DNA of 53,365 nucleotides from an uncultured Chlamydiae bacterium (GCA_937899275.1 CALBPE010000114.1:1-53365), one strand, 5' to 3'; positions 8,323 to 18,034 are shown, counted from the stretch's first letter. Notes: generated by a model from the sequence alone, not told the origin. Numbers and translations: made by a program.

Positions 8323-11300
8323 CGAATTCTTTTTCTAGTAATGTGCTGCCAGTACCTTCACGAAAGACATCTTCCTGCTCTTCTGTAATCACGCGCATAT
8401 CTTCTCTAGAATGTAAAATTCTTGGGCGGATAAAAAATACAATATTATTGATTGTATCGCTACGAGACATAGAAGAAAATGCTGAGCCGATAAACGGGAT
8501 GCCGCCTAAACAAGGTACAGCAGAGGTCTGTCTTCTTTTAAGCACATCGACAAGGCCGCTTAAAACCAAGAAGCTTTCATTCGGCACATGGACGGTTGTA
8601 TCTAACGTAGTTTTTGTCGTTGTGATGCCGCTTAATCTACCTGTTTGTGTGTTGGTATTGAGCGTTTCGCCGGCTGCATCGGTGGGATCGACAGAATTTT
8701 CAATATTGATTGCGAGGGAAATGACATCAGAATTTCCAATAACGGGAGTGATGGTCAGATTAAGACCAATATCGCGGTATTCGATATTCGATGTTTGAAA
8801 GATGCCTGCACTTGTACTCGAGTTGAGGTTTTGCAAAACAGAGCCGGTATAAGGGATGTTTCTTCCTACAAAAAGAGACGAGGTTTTGTTGTCTTGCGCT
8901 ATGATTTTTGGCGTGAGAAGAATCGCTGTCTCTTCATCTTGCTGCAAAGCGCGTAGAAGAGAGCCTAACGTGAAAAAAGAGCGCCCCTTATGTGTGATCA
9001 CATTACCAATCACCCCTAAATCAAAACCTGGAGAAATAAAGGGAATATTCGCTGGGTTGGGGGAGTTCGAAGGGTTGACAGCGCTAAGCTCTTTTCCAAA
9101 GGTTCCATCTGTTCCACCTGCACCGAAATTGCCTGTAGAGTAACCAAAGCTGCCTCGGTAGTCTCCTTTACTTCCCCAGTCTAAGCCAAAATCAAGCATA
9201 TTGTTTAGCGTCGTTTGAATCGCTAATACTTCAATGAAGACCTGTTTTAAAGGAACGTCAAGGTTTTTGATCAGCTCTTTTAAACGGGTAAGGGTTTGTT
9301 GATCGCCAGTAACTAAAAGAGAGTTTGTGATCTCCAACCACTGAATAGAGCGGATGGCATCGAGAAGGCTTGCATTGACTTTGCTATTGGATTTTGCAAG
9401 GTCTTTTCCAATGCTTTGTAGCGCCGCTTGTAGATCAGAGCCTTTATGGTACTGCAGCTTATAGACAAGAAATGAGGTATTATCGATAGGCTGTATTTCT
9501 GAGGTTTGTCCCGCGCGCTCTCCTGAAGGAACATCAATTGTGCCAATCAGCTGCTTGGTTTTTCCTAACGATTCTTCAGATCCTGTAAATACGAGAGATT
9601 TTGTTGCGGGTATGTATTTAGCAGAAAATAAAGAAGCGTATAACCCTGGATCAGATAAGCCGCTATCTTTTAAATGATCGGCAAAACTTTTCAAGAGTTT
9701 TTCTAATTCAGGGCCTGTTTTGAATTCAGGTTTATAGATAAAAAACTTGGATGGAGGCGTTTCTTCTCCCAGTCCAGAAACGTCAAATTTCATGACGAGG
9801 GTCTTCGCTTTTTCTAGCGCAGACTCAGGCCCGGTAAATACCAAAGAGTTGGTATCTTTTACATGTTTCATGCTTTGCAGGGTTTTGACAAGCTGCTTAT
9901 CGTAATTTTTACTTTTTTTCAGGTCCTGGATGACGCCATCAATTGCTTGGATAACGCGGCTGCTACTTGCATTTTTCAACTTATAGACAAGAAAAGAGGT
10001 TTTGCCGATACGCTGAATTGCGGCATCTTTTGATCCAGGTATATCGAGCTCTTTGATGATCGCGCCGATTTTTTGTAACGAGCTAGGCGCTCCTGTAAAG
10101 ACAAGAGAGCGGGTTTTTTCGCTATATTGCATGCTCTGGATGGCTTGGATAAGTCCGGAATCGATCAAGCCGCCTTCTTTTAAACTTTTGGCGACATCAA
10201 GAAGAGCTGTTTGCAGCATTTCTGGAGACATGTGCTGTGGTTTGTACATGAAAAAATCGCTGGCTTCATCTTTAGCGGTTTTTGGATGCGCCACATCAAA
10301 TTCTGCAATGAGTTTTTTTACCTCTTCAATACCGGTTGGTGGCCCGATTAACACAAGGGAGTTCGTAGCTTTAATCCATTTAAGATTATCGATGACCTCT
10401 AAAGCCTGCGCATTTCTAGCTGCAGCTTTCCGCATATTTTGAGCAAAAGACTCCAAAGCTTTTTCAATGACATCGCCTTTTTTATGCTTTAGCTTATATA
10501 CAAAGTACGATTCTCCTACTTGAGCGCTTGGCATGTCATATGATGCGATCAACGACTGGATCGTTTTTAATGCAGGCTCCTCACCAGAAAACATGAAGGA
10601 AGCCGAGTTATCAATCCACTTCATCGAGCGGATGGCTTGGTATAGTCTTTCTTGCTTTTGATCTTCTTGATCGAGGTTGCTGGCGATTTGATCGAGGTAC
10701 TTTTCTACCATTTTGCGGCTGACATTTTTCACCTGAATTAAAACAAAGGTGGGTTTGTCTTTATACGCTGTGGGATTGTCGATTTCCTCTGCCATTTTCT
10801 GCAGTTTTGCAAGATCGGGTTTAGGTCCTGTAAATAAAAACGAGTGGGACTGTTGGATCCATTTCATCGAAGAGATGGCTTGTAGAAGAGGTTTTTCTAC
10901 TGCATTTTCTTTTGCAAGGTTGGATTGTAGTTGTTTGAAATACTCTTCAAAACGTTCTTTAGAGATGTACTGCAAGTGGTGAAGAAAAAAGGTTTGGTGT
11001 GTAGCAAAAGCAGAATTTGGCGTGTCGATGGTTTGTAAAAGGCCATCGATTTTTTGCAGCACAGGAGGCGTGCCTGTAAATAAAATAGAGCCTGTAGATG
11101 CAATCCACTTCATGTCTTTGATGCTTTCTAATACATTGGGATCAGAAAAGCCTGACGCTTTCAGCTGTTTGCCATATTCTTTCATTGCTTGGACGATTTT
11201 TTCTCCAGAAAGATGCTGCGGCTGATAGGCTAAAAACTGGGACTCTTTGCCAGCAGGTCTTGCGACATCGATCAAAGAAAGCATTTCTTTGATTTTTGGG

Positions 11301-12796
11301 AAAAGAGCAGCGTCGCCTGTAAAGACTAAGGCGCCAGCTGTTTTGGTAATACCGCTCCTTTTTTGCAGATCAATCAGATCTTTTTGCCCCGAAGGGTTTT
11401 TTTCCAAGTGGTGGAAGATCTCTTGCAGGCTTTGATAAATTTTTTCTGGCGATGCATGAAGAGGCTTATAGAGAAAAAAGGAGTTTTTCTCAGATAAAAG
11501 CGCCTTTTTTGTGGGAACATCTAACCCGGGAATAATCTGTCTGATTTTCTCGATAGCGCTAGGGACGCCTGTAAATAAAATCGAATGGCTTTCTTCAATA
11601 GCTTTTGCACCTTGAATCGCTTGGATCAATCCTTTTTCTTCATAGCCTTCTTTCATCATACTCGAGGCGATTTCTCGCATGGAGCTTAGTACTTCTTTAA
11701 TCGGACGGTTTTTTACATGGTATAAAAACACCGTCTGGCCTTGGAGAGATTTTTTTTCTTCAGGGGTATCGAGAAGCTGCATGAGTTCTTGTACTTTCAC
11801 AAGAGTAGGTCCCGAAGCGGTAAATAAAATAGACTTGCCTTGATCAATGCTATGTGCGGTTTGTAAAACGCGGACAATACCTTGGTTTTTATACCCATTT
11901 TTTTCGATGTTTTTTGCAATTTGCTGTAAAGAATGCAGCAGCTCTTTTGCTGATCGGTGGCGTACTTTGTACATGAATACATTGTTTGGATCGATCTTGT
12001 GTTTGCCCACATTTTCTTTATCCAAATTGCGTAAAATGCTAAGCGCTCTTTCTGTCAGCCTGGGATTTGCTACAATGAAAAGATTAGAAGAGCCTGGGGG
12101 ATTGGTGATGAGTAGAGGTTTTCCCGCAGCAATTGGCGCTAGAATTTCTTTTGTTGTCGCGGCTAAAAATGCAGGGTCATTGTGCTTTACTCTGTAGAGT
12201 TCAATACCAGCGGAGCTATTTGTAGTGTCTATATGAGATAATAGCTCTGCTATTGTTTCGATGTTTTCTGTAATATCAGTGACGATCAAAAGATTGGTTT
12301 GCGGTAATGTTTCAATTTGCGCTTCCTTGGACATCATCGGACGGATCACAGCAGCTAATGCCTCTGCCGACTCATTTTTTAGTCGAAATACCCTTGTCGT
12401 CAAAGGGTATCTGCGGTCCATATCTTCTGCTTTGAAAACCAGTCTTGCAGGCTGTTTTACATCGGGGTTTTTATGAATCACCAAATTGTTATCTTCTTGC
12501 AGAAGTAAGAAGCCTTGGATGCGGAGAATTTGCGTTAAAGTCGCCATCACGTTTTCTGGTGTGATCGGCTCTTCCGATACGATCGTTACCGGAATAGCTA
12601 GCTCTTCTTCTGTAAATAGAAAGTTGACTCCAGTGACTTTGCTGACAAAACGGACATACTCTGCAAGAGCTACGTTTTGGTAATTGATTGTGAAGCCGTT
12701 TTTAGGGGCCTCTTTTGCAAAAGGGGTGGGGCGCGTTGTAGTCGCAGCTAAGCAGGGAACCACAAACGATAAGAAGACGAATAGAATTTTTTTCAT
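8282..12796 (-). CDS. sctC: Type III secretion outer-membrane secretin SctC (CdsC), expanded to 1504 aa
   Basis: Signal peptide MKKILFVFLSFVVPCLAATT. N0-like FTINYQNVALAEYVRFVSKVTGVNFLF. C-terminal secretin domain with VPCLGGIPFIGSAFS and LLTPKIIAQDNKTSSLFVG. It sits directly downstream of sctQ. Confidence 0.95.
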   Translation of the reverse strand: MKKILFVFLSFVVPCLAATTTRPTPFAKEAPKNGFTINYQNVALAEYVRFVSKVTGVNFLFTEEELAIPVTIVSEEPITPENVMATLTQILRIQGFLLLQEDNNLVIHKNPDVKQPARLVFKAEDMDRRYPLTTRVFRLKNESAEALAAVIRPMMSKEAQIETLPQTNLLIVTDITENIETIAELLSHIDTTNSSAGIELYRVKHNDPAFLAATTKEILAPIAAGKPLLITNPPGSSNLFIVANPRLTERALSILRNLDKENVGKHKIDPNNVFMYKVRHRSAKELLHSLQQIAKNIEKNGYKNQGIVRVLQTAHSIDQGKSILFTASGPTLVKVQELMQLLDTPEEKKSLQGQTVFLYHVKNRPIKEVLSSMREIASSMMKEGYEEKGLIQAIQGAKAIEESHSILFTGVPSAIEKIRQIIPGLDVPTKKALLSEKNSFFLYKPLHASPEKIYQSLQEIFHHLEKNPSGQKDLIDLQKRSGITKTAGALVFTGDAALFPKIKEMLSLIDVARPAGKESQFLAYQPQHLSGEKIVQAMKEYGKQLKASGFSDPNVLESIKDMKWIASTGSILFTGTPPVLQKIDGLLQTIDTPNSAFATHQTFFLHHLQYISKERFEEYFKQLQSNLAKENAVEKPLLQAISSMKWIQQSHSFLFTGPKPDLAKLQKMAEEIDNPTAYKDKPTFVLIQVKNVSRKMVEKYLDQIASNLDQEDQKQERLYQAIRSMKWIDNSASFMFSGEEPALKTIQSLIASYDMPSAQVGESYFVYKLKHKKGDVIEKALESFAQNMRKAAARNAQALEVIDNLKWIKATNSLVLIGPPTGIEEVKKLIAEFDVAHPKTAKDEASDFFMYKPQHMSPEMLQTALLDVAKSLKEGGLIDSGLIQAIQSMQYSEKTRSLVFTGAPSSLQKIGAIIKELDIPGSKDAAIQRIGKTSFLVYKLKNASSSRVIQAIDGVIQDLKKSKNYDKQLVKTLQSMKHVKDTNSLVFTGPESALEKAKTLVMKFDVSGLGEETPPSKFFIYKPEFKTGPELEKLLKSFADHLKDSGLSDPGLYASLFSAKYIPATKSLVFTGSEESLGKTKQLIGTIDVPSGERAGQTSEIQPIDNTSFLVYKLQYHKGSDLQAALQSIGKDLAKSNSKVNASLLDAIRSIQWLEITNSLLVTGDQQTLTRLKELIKNLDVPLKQVFIEVLAIQTTLNNMLDFGLDWGSKGDYRGSFGYSTGNFGAGGTDGTFGKELSAVNPSNSPNPANIPFISPGFDLGVIGNVITHKGRSFFTLGSLLRALQQDEETAILLTPKIIAQDNKTSSLFVGRNIPYTGSVLQNLNSSTSAGIFQTSNIEYRDIGLNLTITPVIGNSDVISLAINIENSVDPTDAAGETLNTNTQTGRLSGITTTKTTLDTTVHVPNESFLVLSGLVDVLKRRQTSAVPCLGGIPFIGSAFSSMSRSDTINNIVFFIRPRILHSREDMRVITEEQEDVFREGTGSTLLEKEFDEGMESIKSIDDE
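9242..11983 (-). repeat. 11 tandem protein-level repeats (~83 aa each) of a secretin N-domain-like module inside sctC
   Basis: aa ~272-1185. Each unit has a [FY][FL]xYK/H strand, an amphipathic helix, K[WY]I, a [ILF][LVM][FL][TSI]G strand and L[IL]xx[LI]D[VTN]P. Examples are VFMYKVRH...ILFTASG...LLDTP, SFFLYKPLH...LVFTGDA...LIDV and SFLVYKLQY...LLVTGDQ...NLDVP. Confidence 0.8.
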
Positions 12797-13022
12797 AAGG
12801 GGATATTCAGTAGGATGGGTTTAGAGTAAAAAGCGTACTTCATTGCATACCTCACTTAAATCGTAATCCACTAAATGGAATAAATGCAACCAATTCCCTC
12901 TTCTGTTCGTAGGGAAAGTCCTACCGCTACTTCCCTAGAGAAAAATCGCAGTTTTTCAAGTGGGGTTTTTATCTGTAGGGATACGATTTTTATTCTTTTT
13001 TTCTACAAACGGCAGATGTTTT

Positions 13023-14123
13023 TCAAGCGCCACTCGATTCGATCGATAAGATCCTTACTCCAATAGTATCGCCTAAAGATAGCAGTTCTCCGCTAGCAAT
13101 TTTTTTTCCTCGTACACGTAAAGACACGAGATTTCCAGGGTTATCTGGAAGAGTAAGCGCTGATCCTGGTGTAAGTTGTGTTAACTCTTTTAGAGAAAGC
13201 TCTAGTTCTGCTAGATTCACGGACACTTGTAAAGGAAGCTCTTCTACTGTTTTTTTCGTAGCGTTTGGGTTTTCGTCAGTCTTTTTTGCATCTTCTTCCA
13301 TAAAAGGCTCCGGGTTGGAAATACATGATTGGATAGTCAGCTTATTTTTTTGAATCGATCCTGAAAAAAGCGTATATCCTGAAATAGATACAGCAGCTTT
13401 TCCCATCTGCTCTTTGATCTGGTATGCAACGGCGTCAACAAGGATGCAAGATCCCACCTCAATTTGCGCAAACTCCTCTTGGCTGATCGAGATAGAGCCA
13501 ACGGTTATTGCAGCAAGAATAGGAGCATCTACTTTTATAGACTGCTTTGGTAGCTCACTTTTCCACTCGGTAAAATAGGTTAAAAACGATGATTGAAATG
13601 CTAAAGGAACAAGCAGGTATCCTGTAATCGATGTTCCATTATGGATGAAGCGGACCGCAATGGAAAATAGTTTTTGCGGAAGCTCATTTTGTAGGCAAAC
13701 TTTTGGCGACATCCGAGAAAATAAAGGAAGGTTTGTTAAGGCGTCTAAACACTCCAATACGATGTAATGGTAAAAACCTTCATAAAGCGTGGTATAAGAT
13801 AGGCTATCTGCCGCTTCTTCAGGAAGAAGCCAAGAAAGCCATTTGCGGATGTGTTCTTTACTCATAGCCCAGTAACATTCCCCTTCGATAGGGCCTGCGG
13901 TAAAGGTCAAAAGCTCATCTTGCGCGTAGCTATTAGCGCGTTTTTTTTCTACATAGCTTTGTCTGCCGAGTTTTACTTCGAAGTCTTGTAGAGAAAAACG
14001 CTCTTGTAGCTCTTCTGTAAAGGCTTCTGCATCAAAATAAGAGAGAGGCGTGATTTTTGGTAAAGAAGGATCCTGAGCTGCAAGGGTTTCAATACAGGGG
14101 AAAATTGGATGCGCTTGGTTCAT
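13023..14123 (-). CDS. sctQ: Type III secretion cytoplasmic-ring/sorting-platform protein SctQ (CdsQ)
   Basis: 366 aa. C-terminal SpoA/FliN-like domain LPLQVSVNLAELELSLKELTQLTPGSALTLPDNPGNLVSLRVRGKKIASGELLSLGDTIGVRILSI. ATGA overlap with the upstream gene. Confidence 0.85.
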   Translation of the reverse strand: MNQAHPIFPCIETLAAQDPSLPKITPLSYFDAEAFTEELQERFSLQDFEVKLGRQSYVEKKRANSYAQDELLTFTAGPIEGECYWAMSKEHIRKWLSWLLPEEAADSLSYTTLYEGFYHYIVLECLDALTNLPLFSRMSPKVCLQNELPQKLFSIAVRFIHNGTSITGYLLVPLAFQSSFLTYFTEWKSELPKQSIKVDAPILAAITVGSISISQEEFAQIEVGSCILVDAVAYQIKEQMGKAAVSISGYTLFSGSIQKNKLTIQSCISNPEPFMEEDAKKTDENPNATKKTVEELPLQVSVNLAELELSLKELTQLTPGSALTLPDNPGNLVSLRVRGKKIASGELLSLGDTIGVRILSIESSGA

Positions 14124-15520
14124 CGATCTCTCCTTTCTGATGTGTCGGAGTCTTTATCTCCACTTGCTGAATCTTTGCGGCGAAAAAGGGCTCTTTCTGG
14201 ATCGTAAGAAGCGTGTATTTTCCCCACTCTAAAAGAAAAACGGCCCTGTTCAAAAGCTTGGTATAATCCAGAGATCCCTTCGATAAAAGCGTTCATTTGC
14301 TGATGGTTTGATCCGATGAGCTGGATGTTGAATGAATCAGGAGCGCTTGCATATTTTTCTAGAATAAGGGAAGAGCCAAAAAACATGGACTGCTGAAATG
14401 CAGGGGAGTTTAAGATGACTTCTGTTCTAGATAATCCATTTTGTTGCATGACAATGGCTGTCCCTACAATTTGTGTAAACACGTTTTCCCACTGCTGGGG
14501 AATCGATACGCGGCTGATCGCTTCAAAAGATGCGCCAACTGCAACGCCGGTTAAAGGAAAGTTCCCTGTATCCATGGAAAAAGGGGTATGATGTTCCCCC
14601 TCTTTTTTATGCGGGTCAGTATCAAGAGGACAAACGGGAGAAAAGTCTTTGGCAAGGCTTGTTAGATACTTCTCTTTCTTTATCGAAACATCGGGTTTTT
14701 CTTCTTTAGTAGAAAAAGGTTTTTTTTCATACGTTGCAGGGGACTCAAGATTTGCTGGATAAGGATCTTCTTCTTGCTCGTTTTTTTTGCTAGATGAAGG
14801 CGCCTGGTATGCAGGGTTTTTTGCAGCTATTTCCTCATAGGCGCTTGCCTTTGGATCTTCGTCGATAGAGCTTTTTTGTTGCATGAAGGTGTTTGGCGCG
14901 TAGGCTCCTTGATCTAGTGAAGACTCAGTAGGAGCATCCTCCTCTTTAAAAGGCGCATCTTCTGCGTTGTAGCCTGCATCTTGCCCCGTATCTTTTATTA
15001 CCGCTTTGCTTGTTTTATGTTGGGGGGTGTTTTTTGCTGTTTTCGCGCTACGCTGGCGTGTGGTTTTTTTATCGTTAGACGGATGAGAAGAAGCGTCTCT
15101 AGAGTCTTTACGGCCAGTCGGATGTTTTCCTGTTTCTTGCGACCGGTTATCCTGATGGTGTACTTGATCTGAATGGGAATTTTTCCGCGCAGTTTTCTGC
15201 CAAAATTCGTAGCTATGCGGCAAGCTGCGGTTATCGGTAAGCTCTGGTGTAGACGAGGGGATATTCGAGGTCATAGGGCGGCCAAATGAGCGCTCTTTTC
15301 CAGATTTTCTATGATCGTAGATCGAACGGTTTTTTGCGGGCGCATGCTCCTGCGTTTCAGCAGAATGCCCCCGCTCTTTTTTCTTTTTTCTTGCGTCAGG
15401 ATCGATCGATTCGGTTTTTTGGACCTTGTCGACTTGTTCTTTGAATTTGGTGGGGTCAATATTTCTTGAGTTCTCTTTTTTTCGTCCCTCAAAAGCCCCC
15501 CCAACAGGATTGATGCTCAT
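14120..15520 (-). CDS. sctP: SctP-like needle-length regulator (CdsP / CT671 position)
   Basis: 466 aa. The long N-terminal ~330 aa is basic, low-complexity and disordered. The folded C-terminal ~100 aa is T3S4-like (VILNSPAFQQSMFFGSSLILEKYASAPDSFNIQLIGSNHQQMNAFI). It lies between sctO and sctQ, as in ysc/cds operons. Confidence 0.55.
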   Translation of the reverse strand: MSINPVGGAFEGRKKENSRNIDPTKFKEQVDKVQKTESIDPDARKKKKERGHSAETQEHAPAKNRSIYDHRKSGKERSFGRPMTSNIPSSTPELTDNRSLPHSYEFWQKTARKNSHSDQVHHQDNRSQETGKHPTGRKDSRDASSHPSNDKKTTRQRSAKTAKNTPQHKTSKAVIKDTGQDAGYNAEDAPFKEEDAPTESSLDQGAYAPNTFMQQKSSIDEDPKASAYEEIAAKNPAYQAPSSSKKNEQEEDPYPANLESPATYEKKPFSTKEEKPDVSIKKEKYLTSLAKDFSPVCPLDTDPHKKEGEHHTPFSMDTGNFPLTGVAVGASFEAISRVSIPQQWENVFTQIVGTAIVMQQNGLSRTEVILNSPAFQQSMFFGSSLILEKYASAPDSFNIQLIGSNHQQMNAFIEGISGLYQAFEQGRFSFRVGKIHASYDPERALFRRKDSASGDKDSDTSERRDR

Positions 15521-15540
15521 AAAACTACCTTTATTCTAGA

Positions 15541-16050
15541 TTAACTAGACTTTTTTCTTTTTTCAATGTTCTTTAAAATATGCGCTGCAGAACCTAGTTC
15601 ATCTTGCTCTTTTTCTTCTGCTTTTTTTTCCATATATCTAGCCTCTTCACTCCAATCTTTTTGGTGTTCGAGGAGTTTTTCTACATCTTTTTCCCGCATA
15701 AACACAAGTTCTGTGGCTTTTTCCACCTCTTCTTGTTTTTGGGATACGACTTTTTTTTGTGAGGCGACTTTTTGCTCTTTTTCTGCTAACTGTTCGTCTA
15801 CTAAGCTAAGGTATTCTTTCATTTGTTGGATTTTATCTGCGGTTGTTCCCCCATCCAACGTTTGTCTCATCTGCGCTAGTTTTTCTTGTTTATGGTGCAG
15901 GACCTCATCGCGCGCTTTTTCTAGTGGTTGCAGCTTTTCTTCTTCTTTTTGTAGTTCTTGTTTGCGTTTTTCTAGTTCAATAATCGCTTGATCATAGCGA
16001 TTTTTTTTGATCGCCATCAGTTGGTGTAAGGGATATTTTTCCTTGGCCAT
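15541..16050 (-). CDS. sctO: SctO stalk protein (CdsO / CT670-like coiled coil)
   Basis: 169 aa, almost entirely K/E/Q-rich heptad coiled coil. It lies immediately downstream of the ATPase gene, which is the conserved YscO/FliJ position. Confidence 0.6.
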   Translation of the reverse strand: MAKEKYPLHQLMAIKKNRYDQAIIELEKRKQELQKEEEKLQPLEKARDEVLHHKQEKLAQMRQTLDGGTTADKIQQMKEYLSLVDEQLAEKEQKVASQKKVVSQKQEEVEKATELVFMREKDVEKLLEHQKDWSEEARYMEKKAEEKEQDELGSAAHILKNIEKRKKSS

Positions 16051-16056
16051 AGTTGC

Positions 16057-17379
16057 TTATCGAAATAAGGTTTGTAGCTGTTGTAACGTCTCTTCAAATG
16101 TCGTTTTTTCTTCTACTTCTTGGCGCAGGAATTGATTTACCTTATCTACATATCTAATCGCAAAATCGGCGTCTTTATCGGAGCCTGGTTTGTATTCTCC
16201 GATACGGATCAAAAGCTCGTTTTTTTTGTAATTTGCTAAAACTTCGCGCAGCTTTCCGATAAGTGCAACGTGCTCTTTTGTGGTAATTGAGGTAAGGATC
16301 CTGCTGATCGATTGCAGTAGGTCAATTGCAGGGTAGTGGTATTTGTGCGCAAGAGCCTGCGATAAAACAATGTGTCCATCTAAAATCGATTTTGTTTCAT
16401 CGGCAACAGGTTCGTTCATATCGTCGCCTGCAACTAACACAGTATAAAAAGCTGTGATAGAACCTTTTTCTGAGTTACCGGAGCGTTCTAACAGTTTAGG
16501 CAGCGTAGCAAACACAGAAGGGGTATATCCCGCTCTTGCGGGAGGCTCTCCTGCAGCTAGCCCGATTTCTCGAAGGGCTCTTGCAAACCTTGTGACAGAG
16601 TCCATCATTAAAATGACGGTTTTTCCCTGTTCGCGGAAGTATTCTGCGATAGCTGTGCCTACGTAAGCTGCATTGATACGCAGCTGAGGCGCCTCGTCTG
16701 AAGTAGAGGTGATGATGATAGATCGGGCAATGCCTTCTTCACCTAAATCGTTTTCTAAAAACTCTCGGACTTCTCTACCCCGCTCTCCAATAAGGGAAAT
16801 GACGTTGATATCGGCTTTTGCATTTCTTGCAATCATCCCAAGAAGTGTGGATTTTCCCACGCCGGCTGCAGCGAAAATACCTACTCTTTGCCCCTTACCG
16901 CAGGTCAAAGCGCCATCGATGCAGCGGACGCCTGTTGATATCGGCTCTTGAATGAGTTTTCGCTTTAGAGGGTTAGGCGGCTTGCTGATAATAGGAAAGG
17001 TATCGGGAACATTTGTCAACGGTCCTTTAGTGGAAAAATCTAAGGGCTCTCCAAGGCCGTTTAGTACCCTTCCTAAAAGTCCTTGCCCCACTTGAATATG
17101 CAAAGGCATTCTAAGGGGAATCACCTCAGAAGAGGGGCCGACGCCCTTCATTTCACCGATGGGTGATAGAAACACTTCATCTTTAGTGAAACCTACCACT
17201 TCAGCGGCTAAAGGAGCTCCCTCTCTTTTGACAAGGCAGATTTCTCCCATCTTCACTTGAGGGACAACTGCTTTTAGCAACGTTCCTACCGCTTCGGTGA
17301 TTCTGCCGTGTACAGTGGTGAGCTCCACATCTTCGATGTGGCGCATGAGCTTATCTAGCGTGGGATGGTTTTTGTCCAT
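16057..17379 (-). CDS. sctN: Type III secretion ATPase SctN (CdsN)
   Basis: 440 aa. Walker A GIFAAAGVGKSTLLGMI. Walker B VILMMDSVTRFARA. F1/FliI-like IGERGREVREF and PSVFATLPKLLERSG. Confidence 0.97.
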   Translation of the reverse strand: MDKNHPTLDKLMRHIEDVELTTVHGRITEAVGTLLKAVVPQVKMGEICLVKREGAPLAAEVVGFTKDEVFLSPIGEMKGVGPSSEVIPLRMPLHIQVGQGLLGRVLNGLGEPLDFSTKGPLTNVPDTFPIISKPPNPLKRKLIQEPISTGVRCIDGALTCGKGQRVGIFAAAGVGKSTLLGMIARNAKADINVISLIGERGREVREFLENDLGEEGIARSIIITSTSDEAPQLRINAAYVGTAIAEYFREQGKTVILMMDSVTRFARALREIGLAAGEPPARAGYTPSVFATLPKLLERSGNSEKGSITAFYTVLVAGDDMNEPVADETKSILDGHIVLSQALAHKYHYPAIDLLQSISRILTSITTKEHVALIGKLREVLANYKKNELLIRIGEYKPGSDKDADFAIRYVDKVNQFLRQEVEEKTTFEETLQQLQTLFR

Positions 17380-17392
17380 CAGATAGGAGTTC

Positions 17393-18034
17393 CTAAAGCT
17401 GTATGTTCAGCATTTGTTTCATACTTTCAATGACTTTACTTAGCAAAATTGAGGAGTACTCTAGATTTTGCTGCGCCTGCGCCGCTTGAATTTGTACGGC
17501 TAACAAATTGGCGGGGTTGAGCTGTTTTGTATTTTTCCCCATCTCTTCTAGCCGCGCTTTTGCTGCGAGAAGATTGTTTTGCCCGTCGGTTACGTAGCGT
17601 AAAAAACGCGCTACAGGGCCGCCCCTTGTGTTTTGAGGAGCGCTTTCAGGGCTCGGTATACCCATTTTTGCATGCATTTTTTTGAGATGCTGGTTGGCAT
17701 TTTGCATCTTATTTTTTAACAAATTTTCATGCTGCCTTTTGAACTTTAAGTTGGGATACTGCTGCAATTTTTTTTGCATTTCGTTTAAGTGCTGATCAGA
17801 GCTTGCTACGTTTCTAGAAATTTCTGCTAAGGAAGCGCCTGTAGGTGCAGAAGCATTTTGCGCCGCTAAATCCATGGGGGATATATTCGATGCATTTGTA
17901 GATGCACCTGGCTGATTTCCAGAAGAAGACTGCATAAATGACTGGAAGTCTTTTCCATCTGGAGGCAGCTTGCTAGGATTGATCCCTTTAGAACCTACGG
18001 CGTCTGTGGTCACTTTTTTGATTTCATCGCTCAT
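17393..18034 (-). CDS. T3SS-associated protein (CT668 position) with an SctI/inner-rod-like C-terminus
   Basis: 213 aa. Disordered S/N/Q-rich N-terminus. The C-terminus LNPANLLAVQIQAAQAQQNLEYSSILLSKVIESMKQMLNIQL resembles the conserved tail of YscI/PrgJ-type rod proteins. ATGA overlap with the upstream gene. Confidence 0.45.
   Translation of the reverse strand: MSDEIKKVTTDAVGSKGINPSKLPPDGKDFQSFMQSSSGNQPGASTNASNISPMDLAAQNASAPTGASLAEISRNVASSDQHLNEMQKKLQQYPNLKFKRQHENLLKNKMQNANQHLKKMHAKMGIPSPESAPQNTRGGPVARFLRYVTDGQNNLLAAKARLEEMGKNTKQLNPANLLAVQIQAAQAQQNLEYSSILLSKVIESMKQMLNIQL

Noticed and set aside
8301-12683. About 15 plus-strand ORFs of 60-165 aa inside the sctC region (for example 8301-8798, 10053-10442, 11847-12197).
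   Set aside because: All lie antisense to a long, motif-rich secretin ORF. Their products are low-complexity, with no SD or start context and no recognisable motifs. They are shadow ORFs.
15566-15991. 141-aa S/F/C-rich plus-strand ORF.
   Set aside because: It is exactly antisense to the K/E-rich coiled-coil sctO gene. Its odd composition mirrors AAG/GAA-rich codons and it is not independent coding.
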